Counted from the first letter of the stretch, positions 1-13,277 are shown. The stretch is DNA of 64,000 nt from Hyaloraphidium curvatum SAG 235-1 (GCA_025558095.1 JAIVFI010000021.1:496001-560000), one strand, 5' to 3'. The notes: a model not told the origin generated them from the letters alone. A program made the numbers and translations.

Positions 1-453
1 TCGGCCCGCTGGTGAGAGGCGAGCTGACCAAGACGAACCTTAGAATGCTCATTGTACTGCAGAGCAAGGGCGTGGGTAGACCTTCTCCGGGATTTTGCCG
101 CCTTTTGCGCCGAAGATCTGATTTTCGCTCTCCTATTCTAGCTCAAGGTCCCTCCGCAATTGCCCGTGGTCTGGCGAGTCTTGGGCAACGTCAGGATCCG
201 TGTCATTCCAATGGGCAAGGGAATCCAGGTCGAGTACATGTTTGATCCGCCCTTCGACCCCGCGGAAGACCTGGGCTCGTTGAAGTACCAGATCGGCTTG
301 CCTCCCCGTGACGGTCGCGAAGAACAGCTCCGCGTCTTTGTGGATTATGGAATGTCGTCAAAAACGTTGTTTCAACGTAACTATCCCAATCATCGTTGGA
401 ACCAATCATCACTTATCATTGACATAGGCACGAACCAGTTACAGGCATGCGGC

Positions 454-3400
454 CTACAGGTCAGCGAACACGTCCTCAAGGGTCAGGCCCTTCACAGCAT
501 CACTGTCCAGGTCAGCAGCATCGACGATGAGCCGGATCTGCCTCAGCATGTTGTCGCGCTGCTTGGTCGAGCCCGCCTTGCTCGTGTGCCAGGAGTTGAG
601 CGCAGCTACAGCATGCAAAGGGGTGGCCTCGAAGAAGATTGCGCAGTGCGTGTGCCTGAGAGAGTTGCACTCCTTTCCCCCAGTGGTGCCGCTGACTGCT
701 CGCCCTGAGCCCCACCTGCCGTGATCGAGCTCCTCCAACTTATCCTTCCTGAAGAACGGCCTTGGGGCACCAAGGGCTGCTTGAAGCTCCTGAATATCGG
801 ACATAAGAGGAAATCAATGAACCTCCAAAGTGCATAGATCATAACTTGCACCCACCGAGCATTTGTGCTCTCTCACTTTCACACCTTGGGCTCCTCCTCG
901 CGGAACAAAGGAACCTTGCTTGAGCACCCTGCAGTGTCTGCACCAAAAGAACTCAGGCTCACTGTCCTCTGCCGAAGCCTCATTGGGGTACGGGCAGACG
1001 ACAAAGGAAGTCCGGGGGAGGTCCGGCAGAGCTCCTCGGATCAAATCTCCAATGAGAGCCTCGACGCCCTTCCACTTGCCACCCTCGGCCTGCGCTTGCT
1101 GTTGTAGCTCTTGATGAGCAGGGTCATCTGCTTTAGGGTTCTGAGCTCCAAAGAAGCCGGTGTCAGCGTTCTTTGCTCCCCCAACGGAAGCGTTCTCGAT
1201 CGTCCGGGCGTCATCCTGCAAGCCGGGTCAGCAAGCACGTAATGCTGTTGTGATGAGCTCTATACCCACCTTCTGGAACTGCGAAGGCGTGTGTTGCCCC
1301 CCCTGGCTCCTCCCTTCGTGGCCTCCAAACATCTGGCTCTTGACCTTGACCACAACCTCCCGCAGTAGGCGGTCCTCCTCCGGATCCGTAAGCTTGTTGG
1401 CACCACTCTCCTCAGGGTCGAGCAGGCGCAGGCCTTGCACAGTTGTGAAGTCCTCTGTAGTGTCCATTTCCATTTCGAACTCGGCAGGCTCCTGGCCCAG
1501 TTGGTCCCCAGCAAGCAACCCGCCCTCAACGTCACGCCCCTCTATCTTCGAAACAACGCGGATCCCAAGAGGAGTTTCGAGAAGTTCAGCCCTGATCTTC
1601 CGGGCTCTAACGGTCAGGGACCCCAGTAGTCCGTTGAGGGATTCGAGCATCGGCTTCCCAGCCTTGGCCTTGTCGAGCTCCTTCTTGAGCAAGGCCGGGT
1701 CATTGGAGGCGAACTCGGCGTACAACACGAGAAGCTCCGCCAGGTCATCCAGTCCAGATTGAACAAGGAGATCCAAAGCCTCCTGGACGGCTGCAGAATC
1801 CGCTACAATAGGGTACCTGGCCGCAAAGACGGGCCCTAGACCCTGAATGAGCTCCATTGCTGCCTGGTATCCGATGTCCATGCGCAGCAGGGCTTTGGTA
1901 ACGAGGAGGTCGCCCGCTAAGGCCTGGCTGCCCGGTATCGCAGGGAACACGTTGGGAGAGGAAAACAGCCTCAGCACACTGGATGTAGAAACACGTTAGA
2001 CTTGGCTTTCGAGTATGGACCAAGCAGCATACCCCAAAGTTCTATCGAAGCCCAACGCAAGGTCAACCGCACCCTTCAGATCGCCATGAACCTGCAAAAA
2101 CTTGACACGGGATAGGTGGGAGCTGTTGACGATACAGAAGAAGGTGCAATCGCCATGGGAGAGCAGCACCGGCTGCAGTTCCTTGGTGTCCGGCCAGATC
2201 TTGATCTTGGCCTCGGTGATGCCAGGCATGCCCCTGCACAGCCGATCGATGGCATCTCTGTTGATGCCGACAACGACCTTGATGCCCAGGGCCTTGAGCA
2301 GCTTAGCGTTGCTCTCGGCCACTTCCTTGGCGTAGGAGGAGCTGGACAGAGGGATTCTAGCTGCAACAATTGCACAAGATTTCAGCTTGGATCAGCAAAT
2401 GCCGATAAGCCGGAGAATTTACCATCTTTTGCGTTCGAATCTGGCTGGCCGGGAGGCACCATGGGTACCGTGGTTCCGTTAAAAGCAAAAAGCTCGTTCC
2501 GCTTTATTCCCAGGCTGGCAGCGATTGCCGAGACACCCTCTCCCGTGTAGGAATCCGGCCTCCTCAGCGTATGGGCGGAGAAAATCTGGGGATGACTTTC
2601 AAGCAGCTTGTACCCTTCATGGTGCTGTATGCGCAGATCGTCCAACAGGTCGTGGTATCCGGCCGAACCAGCAGCAGCGCGCAATGCTTCTAGGACCTTG
2701 CCGCGGCCGAAGAGAACGTCCATAGACCGGGGAAACTGCCCAGCCATAGCAACGAGGGCATCGAACAGCGACTGTACGTCCGAAAGTTGGAAGGGGAGGA
2801 CGCGTGTTTCCCCTACGGGAGGCAACGAAATGCGCAGAAGCAGGTGTGCGGGTCGGGCACCCTGCTTCCCGGCCCAATTCGCATCTTCCTCCTCAAACAC
2901 GCGGGCAACTTCTGGATGGCCCCTGGCCTCCGAGTTGACCAAGGTCAGGTCGACCACGTGGTCCAAGTACGCCAGTGTGCGAGCGACTGCATGCTCGCGG
3001 TCCAGCGACGGAGACACACCGCCAGCCACGCGGGCACGCAGCGGCGCCGTAGCAGCAGCGAGGTTGGCCCAGAGGTCCGACATGGTCCCGGGGGACCGTA
3101 AAATTCAGCGAAGAATAATGCGGTTGCTGGACCGGGTTCATCACAGATCGAAAAACGCTAAGGTCGGCACACTGTTGGAGGAGAGGACGTGCACTCGACG
3201 AAGTTGTTTGATGAAAAGTCGAGTCGTGACATTGGCATGCTTCAACCCTTGGTCCGCTTAGCGTCCGGCGGTGCCTCTTCGTGACCGCTTCTCTTGGACG
3301 GGAGCACCTCCGCCACAAACCTCTGCTGGCTCCAAACAAGCACTCCCTTTGGTAATTTGGTAACATAGTTAGGAAAGCCAAGCTTGAACAAACGGGACCC

Positions 3401-4479
3401 AACTCACGGTACTAGCAGCCTCTACCAACAGAGGGGTATGAATAGGTGGATCCAGGTTGCCTGTGCCAACCCTGCCCGCCAAATCAGCCACGTGCACCGA
3501 CGTCATGGCAGAAAGCACTTCACGCGCCCTCGCTGCCACCATCGACTGTCGTGTCAGGGGAATAGGCAAGAGGAAGGTCCGAGTCAGAAATAAAAGGCAT
3601 GCAGAAGGGGAGACTAACGTTAACGCAGCATCTCATCTGTTCGGCTCCGTCGGAGGTCGATTTGGCCTGATCCAACGTAAATGAAGAGAGCTTGTGCATG
3701 AGCTTGGCCAGCAAATCTGTCAGGAAATGACAGCAGTAAGGGTTCCATGATCTGTGTCAACATTGAAGTGTACGCACCAACATCATTCGATCTGGCCGAT
3801 TCCATGTTCTCCTTGACAGAAACGTTGCATGATTCTTCAGACTCCGGGGTTTCCTTGCTGCTGTGCAGGCGGGGAGAGCAGGGGGCCGGGGCGGATGTCA
3901 AAGCCACCGGGGGAAGGCTGGCACTTTGGGCTGATGTCGGCTGCGCAAAGGTCGGCATGTCCACCGCTCAACGGAATAGTCAAAAGGTCAGTCTGTGCAT
4001 GGTGCTGCCAAGCGGCAAAAGAATCCTACCAGTAGGCTTCTCCTGCGACTTTTGCACGACTTCCTGGGTCTGGTCAATCTGCATGGTCCGCGGGCCTTTT
4101 GAGAAGAGCTGCAATAGATCATGCCCAATGAGCGAGGCGAAAGCCTTGGATACTCATTGACCAACTTGCACGAATGAGGCCTTCTGGGCCTTGGTTCGCT
4201 CCAGGGTCTGCCGCTTCTTGACATTCTCGTAACCCTTCTACTTGTGAGACATGATCAGCAGTTGCCTTTCCACTTGAAGAAGTGTCGACTCAGACCCACC
4301 AGGACCTCATGTAGCATGTCAGGTTTGGTCGACTTCGCTATCCTGTTCTTAAGCTTCTGAAGGGTAGCAGACTCTATAATGGCTTTCTCAGGCAATCCGT
4401 TGGCCCTGGCAATGGCCTTGGCCGCCTCTAGTGCCGGCTCCTCGACAATCTCCTTCCAAAGTTTGTCATCGCGGTCCAT
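454..4479 (-). CDS. Multi-exon orphan gene or genes of unknown function in CpG-poor DNA; possibly degenerate or mobile-element cargo
   Basis: Chain of same-strand ORF segments (4255-4479 MDRDDKLWKEIVEEPALEAAK..., 3620-3964, 2382-3083, 1996-2322, 1228-1977, 814-1221 with CRHC, 454-804) separated by short gaps. No recognisable family motif. Confidence 0.35.
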
Positions 4480-5909
4480 AGGTTCTGGGGTTCTGTATCT
4501 TCGTCCGGGGCCAACACAGGTGCGAGAGGGTTGATGAGATCCGCCTCGTCGCAGCGGCCCATGGCCGTACCTGGACCGCGTCGGGACCGCCGGCCCGGGC
4601 GAGTTCCTCCGCAGTCCGCGGCCCCTCGCGCGTCGAGCTGGGGCGCCACGCGAGGGGCGGGCGACTGGCAGGCGTCCCGTAGGATCGTGACGGCCCGGCT
4701 GCAGGGCCGAATGCGAGCGAAGCGGTGCCGCCGGTGCGCTGCAAAGACTTTGATAGGGGCAAGGGAACGCGCTCGTGGTACGCTCCATAGACAAATCGAC
4801 GCGCTGGCCCTTCGCGCGCCGATTCCCGGCGAAGATGGGACAGAAGCAAAACACAGCTTCGGAGATGGTCGTTGTACCGCGGTGTTGCGCGCCGTGGAGG
4901 GCCGGAGTGGGCCTGCCGGGATACTGAAGCGGCGCGAAAGCGATCGGCATGTCGCATTGGCCGTTCCTGGGAAGCCTTCCGTGAGTGCTTCTCCGATTTT
5001 GGAGATCCTGCCTCTCACCTGATAGCACGGCGGTTCGCGTTTTTCGAACGTGCTATTCCTTATGCCTGTGCTAGACAGGGGTCGTGGTCTGCTCCCTCCT
5101 GGCTCTGCCAAGCCCGGGGATGGTCCTCGGACCCAGCAAACACTCCGTGATTCATCGTCGATGGTCGGCGTCCTTCGACAACTAACACCGGTCGGCGTCT
5201 GTTGTCTACCCGATTCCCGGGTTCGGGCCCGGGGGTTGTTCGCCGCCCGACTTCCTCGGTCTTTTTGGCTGATTTCCCCGGGCCGTCCCTCTCTTTTTGG
5301 GCTCCAGGGCCAGGACGTGCCCCCCGACGGCGCGGGACAGCGACGCCATCGACCCGTGGTCGTCGCACCGCTTCGACCCCGCTCAGCTGCCTCCTTGGGT
5401 TGAATTTGTCGCCTACGACGTCGTGAGTCGGTATTCGTCGCTGCAGGGCCGATGGTCTGACGACGCTGTTTGTGCGTTTTGGAACAACGCGTGCGCCTGC
5501 CGGCGGCGCTCCTTGCCTCCCTCCCCAAATCTTCGCTCGATTTGCCGCTCTCTCCCACCTCTGCGGCCAGCGTCGACGGTTGCTGGCATGTGCCGGGCCC
5601 ACATCGTTCTGCTTCGCCCGTTATTCGGTCTGGCGGTGCCTGCCGCGCCGTCCAAAGTTCCCGACTGCGGACCGGACTAAAGCGGCAGGCACCTTCCCGT
5701 CCGATCGCTGTAGTACGGACCATACGCTGTAGCTATCATCCAAATAAATGTGTTGCGATAACTTTTGGTCCAATCCGAGTGGATTTCGGGCCCCTGAATC
5801 ATTTTCCGTGGGCTTGATTGATTGGGTGTCGCGCAAGGTGTCGCGGCGGTGATGACGGACTGCCGCAGCCGGACCTGTTCCTCCTACTACTCCCAGCTTC
5901 ACCCTCCTC

Positions 5910-6852
5910 ATGCCCGCGCTGAAGAACAAGAAGAAGTCGGGGCGGCTGGGAGGGGAAGCCTCCCAGAAGGCGTTCACGGCCGCAAAGAACGCCGCCTGCT
6001 CCGCTGCCGGGGAAAAGCTCTGGCGCTTGGACTCGGACTTCGGTTGTTCTGCGCATCCCGAAGTTCTCTCGGCGCAAGCTTCGGGACATCCGCTCGGCCG
6101 CGATCCGGTACATGAAGGACCGTGCCGTGGGCGACGGCAACAACACGGTCTTCGACGGCGACGTCGGGCGGGGGAAGGACGGGCCGCGGACGGCCTCGCA
6201 CGACGGACGCCGGCACCAGCTGGGCCTGGACGATGCTGTGAGCGGGTTGGAGCCGGACAAGGAGACTATTCTGCGGGAGGCCGTCGAGGCCGTAAAGGCC
6301 GCGGTTAGGTGGAATGTCTCGGCGGCCTACGAAACGACAATCGAAGCCATCCTGGCCTCGGAGGCCGACGGCAAGGTGCAAGCACTCCATGCTGACATGA
6401 GGACCGACGTCGAGGGCTTGCGGAGCATCGTGGAAAAGGCCGACTCGGATGCCAGGAAGGGACGCACCCCGCGCCGGCCGGTCCCCATCGCCGCTCTTGT
6501 CCCTGCTACTGATAACCAGACCACAACGGTCTGGATGTTCCCCAAGAGCCAGGGCTGGGTCTGGGCGAGGCACCTTGCTGGCGGGAAGGTGGTGGATGGC
6601 GACGAAACGCATCCGTTCTGCTTCGGGATTCGCATCCAGATACCCCTCGGCCGCGTGCTCTTGTTTCGGCAGGACCTGGTGCACGCCGGGGACACTTTTG
6701 CTGCCGACAATGTCAGGATTTACTTGTCGATGCTCCCGCGGGGCCTGAAGCAGCCGGAGGACGAGACCCAGCTTGTCTGGGAGCTGGTGGGCGGGAGGGA
6801 CGTCGAGGCGCGCAAGGAGATCGTGAAGAAGATCTTGCCGTTTCCCCGATGA
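5910..6852 (+). CDS. 2-oxoglutarate/Fe(II)-dependent dioxygenase (PhyH-like double-stranded beta-helix); apparent frameshift near 6045
   Basis: HxD motif in QALHADM, followed by IAALVPATD...VWMFPKSQ, the distal His in LLFRQDLVHAG and a downstream Arg (NVRIY). The N-terminal frame (5910, ...LDSDFG) shifts into the frame reading VVLRIP...MKDR. Confidence 0.65.
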
Positions 6853-7220
6853 CTTGAGAAGGGCGGATGCGATGTGATGTGAAGCAATAGATTCGATCGA
6901 ACCTGTACACCAGGAGTGACAGTTGGCTTACGGAATGCCTTGGCGCATTATCCAGAAACAAGTGCAGCGGAACAACTGATCGGTGCGGCGTGGATCAAGT
7001 CCAGCTATTTCCTGAACAATCCGATCGAGCCCAGCTCCAACTTTCTTAAATTCAAGTCCCATCTGATTTCAGGGTCACGGGGATACGGGACACTTGTTCA
7101 CTTGTTCATGATAAGTGATGTGAGCAAGATCGCAATCTATCCGCCGAGCATCTCATCATCTTCAGTGCCACGCTCATCCCAGCTCTGCGCCGTTGCTCCT
7201 CCTGGAACACTCAGCCTGAT

Positions 7221-7264
7221 CACCTCAACTGCAACCTGGACACACCTCAACTGCAACCTGGACA
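7221..7264. repeat. Perfect tandem duplication, 2 x 22 bp (cacctcaactgcaacctggaca)
   Basis: Read directly from the sequence. Confidence 0.9.
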
Positions 7265-7622
7265 CGCAAAGGCTAGGCGGCGTGCGCCAGCGAGGTCACG
7301 CGTTGGGGCGTCCGACAAACTGACACCAACAAAGGCGCCGCGACCTTCCGCACTTGCTCCTCGTCAATGAAGTTCGATCCGGAATCGTGACAGAGGGGGG
7401 ACCGGCGGGTATGAGTGGCGGCAACTGCCGCATTGCGGTGCTCTTCGTAGCTGCGTGGTTCAGAGTGCGTCCATTCATCGCCATGCAATTTATTCCCTGA
7501 TCCTCATATGCGATGCTCTTCGTCGGTTTTCGCTTCTTACCATCTCGTTGTTCAAATGAGTAGGCAAGTGAGGAACGCGCGAACGCGAGGGCGGGAATCG
7601 CCCGACAACCATCGCCGCGGCA

Positions 7623-9384
7623 ATGACCCCGGTCATTTCTACCGCCGCGCGCGTCTTGCGGGCGGGGACGTTCGCCGGACGCCCGATTGTCCTTTCGAGC
7701 CCGCACCGACGCCGATTCCACGCGTCGCTGCCGCACAAGGCGGTTGTCCCGTTCCTGCTCGCAGACATTGGCGAGGGCATCCAGGGTGGGCGATGCATCG
7801 CGCGCTTGCCGCAAATGCACGTGCTGACGGACTGTCATCGGCGGCCGAAGAATGCGAGGTCGTCCAATGGTTCGGTTCGCGGCCCGTACGGCCGCTCGGG
7901 TGACGACGCGCAAACGTGACCTGTGTGAACGCGTCCAGGTTCGTCAAGCCCGGCGACCGGATCAGGCAGTTCGATCGCATCGCCGAGGTGCAATCCGACA
8001 AGGCGACGGTGGAGATTACGAGCAGGTACGATGGGACCGTTCTGAAGCTCCACGCCAACGTGGGTTTCGCTCCTCCGTCGGCGCCCGCTCCCGCAAGTCC
8101 TCACGTCCCGTGGACAGGTGGGGGAGATGGCAAGGGTCGGCAAACCTCTGGTGGACATTGACGTTCCCGAGGAGTCGCCCGACGGGGAAGCTGGGCGCGA
8201 AGGGCCCACGATCGGCCGTGTTTCCGCTCCAGAGGGCCCGGATCCGGCGACGGCCCGCCCCGCCGACACGCCTCCTTCTGCTGCGTTCATTGGAACGACC
8301 GCGGCTGGGGTGCTCGCCACCCCCGCGGTCAGGAGAGTGGCGAGGGAGCACGGGGTGGACGTGGCTCGAGTGTTTCCAGGCACTGGCAAGGACGGGGTGG
8401 GTCGTCCGCCTATTGCGCAGCGCCCGCGATTCATCGCGTAAACCCCCAGAGAGTGCTTAAGGAAGATGTCATCCGCTACGTCGAGCAACGACAAATGGCC
8501 GATGCGACGTGCGGCGCTGGAAACGAAGGCGCTGGAGCGACCGATCGGACGCGCCCGGCGGGTACAGAATCGACGACCCCGCTGAATCCCATACAGCGGG
8601 CCATGTTCCGCAGCATGTCGCGCTCGCTCGCTATTCCCCATTTCCTCTACACGGAGGAAATCGAGATGGACGCGTGCGCCGCGGTCCGGCGGCAGATCAA
8701 CGAGGCTCTCGCTGCCAAGCCGCGGTTGGGTGGCGTGCAGCGCATCACGTACCTGCCTGTCATCTGCAAAGCCCTGGCCCTCGCGTGTGCCGCGCATCCT
8801 TCCATCAATGCGTCGCTTGTCGATCCTAAGGGCGGCGTTCCCGAGCCGAACGCAGATCCAAAGGAGCTGCGCTTGCGGTCGCGCCCGGGACTTGATCTGA
8901 ACTTTGCACTCGACACCCCGCACGGTCTGCTGCTTCCGCTGCTGCGTAATGCCAGCGGTCTTTCCGTTGTCGAAATTGCTGCGGAGATGGACCGGCTGCG
9001 GGCGCAGGGCTTGACCAACAAGCTGTCGCCGGCGGACACGGAAGTCGGAGGAATTGTACTGAGCAACATCGGCAACATCGGAGGCTTTGTCGTTTCGCCG
9101 GTAGGACAGCGACGGACATGCCGGCAGAGTGCCAATGACTAAGTGTCCCTTGCCGCGCGCAGATCATCCCGCTTCCGGCATCGCTAATCATAGGGCTCGG
9201 TCGCATACGGCGCCTTCCCCGTTTCGCATCGTCTGACTCGCTCGAGGTAATGGCCAAGAACATCATGGTAGTCTCGGTGGCCGCCGATCACCGCGTTCAC
9301 GACGGCGCTTCGGTCGCGAGGTTCGCGGCGGACTTCCGATCTTACCTGGAACAACCCGGCAGGCTGCTCGCCGATTTACGGTAG
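7623..9384 (+). CDS. DBT: Dihydrolipoamide branched-chain transacylase E2 (mitochondrial BCKDH complex), multi-exon
   Basis: Lipoyl domain [24 protein letters not shown]...[17 protein letters not shown]; E3-binding [18 protein letters not shown]; catalytic SNIGNIGG and [14 protein letters not shown]; stop TAG at 9382-9384. Confidence 0.93.
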
Positions 9385-9464
9385 TGGGGTATCATGTAGC
9401 GCATTCAACTAAACAATTCGAGACACTGCGCGCTCGCATACTGGTGCCAACAGCCTGAAGGCAA

Positions 9465-11145
9465 CTACAGCGCGAGTCCCAGGATGGACAGGGCCGCCGC
9501 AACGATCCCACCCTGCACGACGCGCTTCCCGGCAGAGCTCGGCCTCGTGGTGGTTGTGCCTGTGGCGGTGGCCGGCGCCAAGGACGTGGTCGAGGCGTGC
9601 TGGGCGGATGTGGTCGGGGTAGCTGTGCTCGTCCCAGGCGCCCTTGTCGCCGTGACGAATCGGAAGGTCGACGAGTAGCCGAAAGTGGTGGCCGGGGCCG
9701 CGCCCTTGCTTTCGATCCATGGCGTCGCCGGCCCCATGGTGGCCGAACCGCAGCTCCCGTAGACGCCGAAGTAATAGGCAAACCTGTTGCAGGAGGTGGC
9801 TCGGTTAACTCCTGATTGACAAGCTAGAGATGGGTGCAATTTACCTGCCGTCAGACCCTGGTCCCCAGAGCGGATCGAAGCGGAGAGTGTGGTTGCCAGC
9901 CGTGGTCACACGTAGGCGGTAACGCGAATGCACCGAGTTCGGGACCGGAGGGCGGAAGAGATCGAACCATTCCACCGAGCCTTCGCCCTCATTGAGGTTC
10001 GGAAAGCTGCAGTTGGTGATCGGGCTGACCGCGGAGGAATTGCCGTACTGGGACACGGGCGTCACGTGAGAAGCCGCGATGACGTGGAAGATCGGACGCA
10101 CGCACCGGAGCGCCATCCAGCTCGACGTTCCACCTGCATTGCAACAAAGGGATAAATCGACTTGTGCTCGCAGGTCTAGAGGAAGCCCACACCGCACCTG
10201 TCTCCACCGCAAACGGCGTCAATAACTGTGAGATCCAAGCACGAGCTGTTGTTCGGAACGTTGACTTTATTCGCGGGTGAGCATGTGCGTCGAGCGTCAA
10301 CATGTCGGCTCCCACCAATCCACTCAGTCGGAGCCGAAGGAAAGAAGACATGCGGCTCGCGGTCGATCAACATGGTCCCCATGTACAGCGGCGTGGAGTT
10401 CGTCGACCTCGGCGAGATCGAGCACTGGTGCTCGAGGGCTGACATCACCAGGGTTCCTCCCGTGCCGTCACCCTGTGAGGGATCGCACCGAGGTTGTCAA
10501 TTCAGGGCAGGGAAGCGTCTCGCGCGGAGTTACCTTGTTGACCATGCGGATTTCGAGAATGTGCTGGCCTGGAACGATGTTGAATCTGCCGCTAGACCAA
10601 GCAGGATTCCACACCAGTCCGGGAAAAAGGAGAGTGGTTGCTTGCGCAGGATCGGTCATATCAATGGTGGTCCCTAGACATCACCTGTCAACAGTGGCAG
10701 CTAGAGACCGTCTCCGAACATCTACCGTTCGCCATCCTGAGCGAGCACGTTTGTGTGCGCGTTAAGCTCGTCCGACCGAGCTCCTCGCCGTCCAGGAAGA
10801 CGGCGTAGGTGTCTCCGGAGCAGCCTCCGTCCGCGATTTGCAGCTGGACCGACTGGCAGGGGTCCAGCTTCGAGGGTGCAATGTCGATCGCAAAGGTGGG
10901 ATTGACGTCTCCGCTGAAGTCAAATTTGTAGATGCGTCCGCTAATACGGGATGTTAGTGCGTGCGGGGAGACAGATGATGTCTCTGGCCCCCACCTGTCG
11001 ATCGCGTAAACAATGCTGCCGGAGTTGACCGCCTGCAGTGGGGCTCGTTTCTGCCTGTACTTCAAAAGGGGTAGGGCATGGGGCTGCGACCAGGATCCTT
11101 GGGTGCCGACAACCATGGCGAGCACGATGACGGCAACAGCTGGAT
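9465..11145 (-). CDS. Putative secreted or GPI-anchored surface protein, multi-exon; start uncertain
   Basis: Signal-like AVAVIVLAMVVGTQG; beta-rich domain LQIADGGCSGDTYAVFLDGEELGRTS...WSSGRFNIVPGQHILEIRM; Ser/Thr-rich stalk and hydrophobic tail TTTTRPSSAG...IVAAALSILGLAL*. Confidence 0.6.
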
Positions 11146-11484
11146 GGCATTACCATCAGGGCGCCCCGCAATGAGGCCAGCGGTGAGTTCTCAATGGAGC
11201 AAACGCACCAGTGACCATCATCCACCGCGAGTTTGTCGGTTTCGCTTTCTCGGCCGACTGGACTGTGTTTGGTCCACCGACCGCAGTTCGGGGCCGACGG
11301 TCCGCTTTTGAAGGCCGTCCCCGCGGTGAATGAGCCTCCGTAGTTGCAAAAACCATCTGGCTCGAGGGTCAAACTCTGCGTTGTATCGTCAGAAGGGCCG
11401 CTCGCGAGAGATTTGAAGTGTGTTTGGGCCCGACGCGCTGGCGCGGCCGGGCGCGCCCCGGGTGACGTTGCGTTGCCAAACAGA

Positions 11485-13277
11485 ATGACGGACGGGGAAG
11501 TCGCGGGTGCCATCAGCGCCGCTGCACAAGCTTCGGCATTGCACGATGCCGCAACGGTCACGATGACGCCCGGTAAGCCGCACGGGTGCGGAGCCGCGCG
11601 GTTCATTACGACGCGTCCCTCGGCAGACGAAAAGTACGCGCTCATCGCCCGCAACCTGCAAGAGGTTCTTGGAGAATCGGAGATCAAGAAGGTGCTGCAG
11701 GACCGCGACTTGCGGATGTATTGGGGGACGGCTCCCACCGGTCGGCCCCACGTCGGCTACTTCGTGCCGATGGCCAAGATTGCCGACTACCTGAAGGCAC
11801 ACTGCGAGGTGCGTCCTTTGCCTTCTCGGATGTCTGGACTCATTGGACCCACGGAGATTCCAGGTCACTATCCTTCTGGCGGATATCCACGCGTACCTGG
11901 ACAACATGAAGGCGCCGTGGGAGCTGTGCCGCCTGCGGGCCGAGTACTACGAGGTCGTCATAAAGGCCATGCTGACTTCCATCGGGGTGCCCGTTGGCAA
12001 GCTCAAGTTTGTGCGCGGGACCGACTTTGAGCTCTCGAAGGAGTACACGTTGGACGTCTATCGCCTTGCCGCCATGGTATCGGTTCACGACTCGCAAAAG
12101 GCGGGCGCCGAGGTCGTGAAGCAGGTCACGTCGCCTCCGTTGAGCGGTCTGCTGTACCCGGGTCTGCAGGCGCTGGACGAGGAGTACCTGCAGGTGGATG
12201 CGCAGTTCGGGGGAGTTGACCAGAGGAAGATCTTTGTCTTTGCCGAAAAGTACCTGCCCCTCTTGGGCTACAAGAAGCGTGCCCACCTCATGAACGTCAT
12301 GCTTGCCGGTCTCACGGGAAGCAAGATGAGCGCATCGGATCCCGACTCCAAGATCGATCTGCTGGACGATGCCGAAGCCGTCAATCGGAAGTTGCGGAAG
12401 GCGTTTTGCGAGGAGGGCAACGTCACGGAGAACCCCGTTCTCGGCTTCGTCAAGATCGTGCTCCTCCCAATCAGTTCGCTCACGCACGGCGGCGAAGGGA
12501 AGTTCGTTGTCCGACGCCCGGAGAAGTTTGGGGGCGATGCGGTCTATACGGATTTCCCCACGCTCGAAGCCGATTTTGCGGCAAAGAAGCTTCACCCGCT
12601 GGATTTGAAGCAGGGTGTGGCGGACGCTCTGAACGGTCTCCTCGAACCTATTCGCAAAGCTTTCGAGGATCCGAAGCTACAGGAGTTGGTCAAGGCTGCG
12701 TATCCACCCGCCAAACCTGCTGTTCAAGGCGACATCTCAAAGCTCGGTGGGTGCCTTTGTTTTTCGCCGGATTTGGCGCTAACGCCCGGTCGTGTTAGAT
12801 GTTCGCGTCGGCCGGATTCTCGAAGCGACGCGCCACCCCGATGCCGAAACCCTTTACGTCGAGAAGATCGACCTTGGCGACGCCACGGGCCCACGGACGG
12901 TGGTTTCCGGGTTGGCAAAGTTCGTTCCGCTGGAAAGCTTGGTCGGGAAGCTCGTTGTGTGCCTTGCGAACCTCAAGCCAAGCAAGCTGAGGGGTGTGGA
13001 ATCCCAGGCCATGGTCTTGGCTGCCTCCAATTCAGATCGGACCATAGTGGAGCTCGTCGAGCCGCCGGAGGATGCTGTCCCGGGCGAGCCCGTCACTTTT
13101 GATGGGTACGAAAGGACGCCGGAACCCGTGCTGAATCCCAAGCACAAGATCTGGGAGAAGACGCAGGCACTGTTCCGGACGGGCGCAGATGGCGTGGCGA
13201 TGTTTGGCGACGTGCCTTTCAGGACGGCACAGGGTGTCTGCAGGGTCGGCTCTGTTTTCAACGGGACGATTTCGTGA
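11485..13277 (+). CDS. TYS1: Cytoplasmic tyrosyl-tRNA synthetase with C-terminal EMAPII-like tRNA-binding domain; 2 introns
   Basis: [14 protein letters not shown] (HIGH-like), [32 protein letters not shown]; C-domain LDVRVGRI...[15 protein letters not shown]...[20 protein letters not shown]. Confidence 0.96.

Noticed and set aside
160-708. Plus-strand 182-aa ORF
   Set aside because: Non-ATG start, no recognisable motif, and it overlaps more protein-like minus-strand frames.
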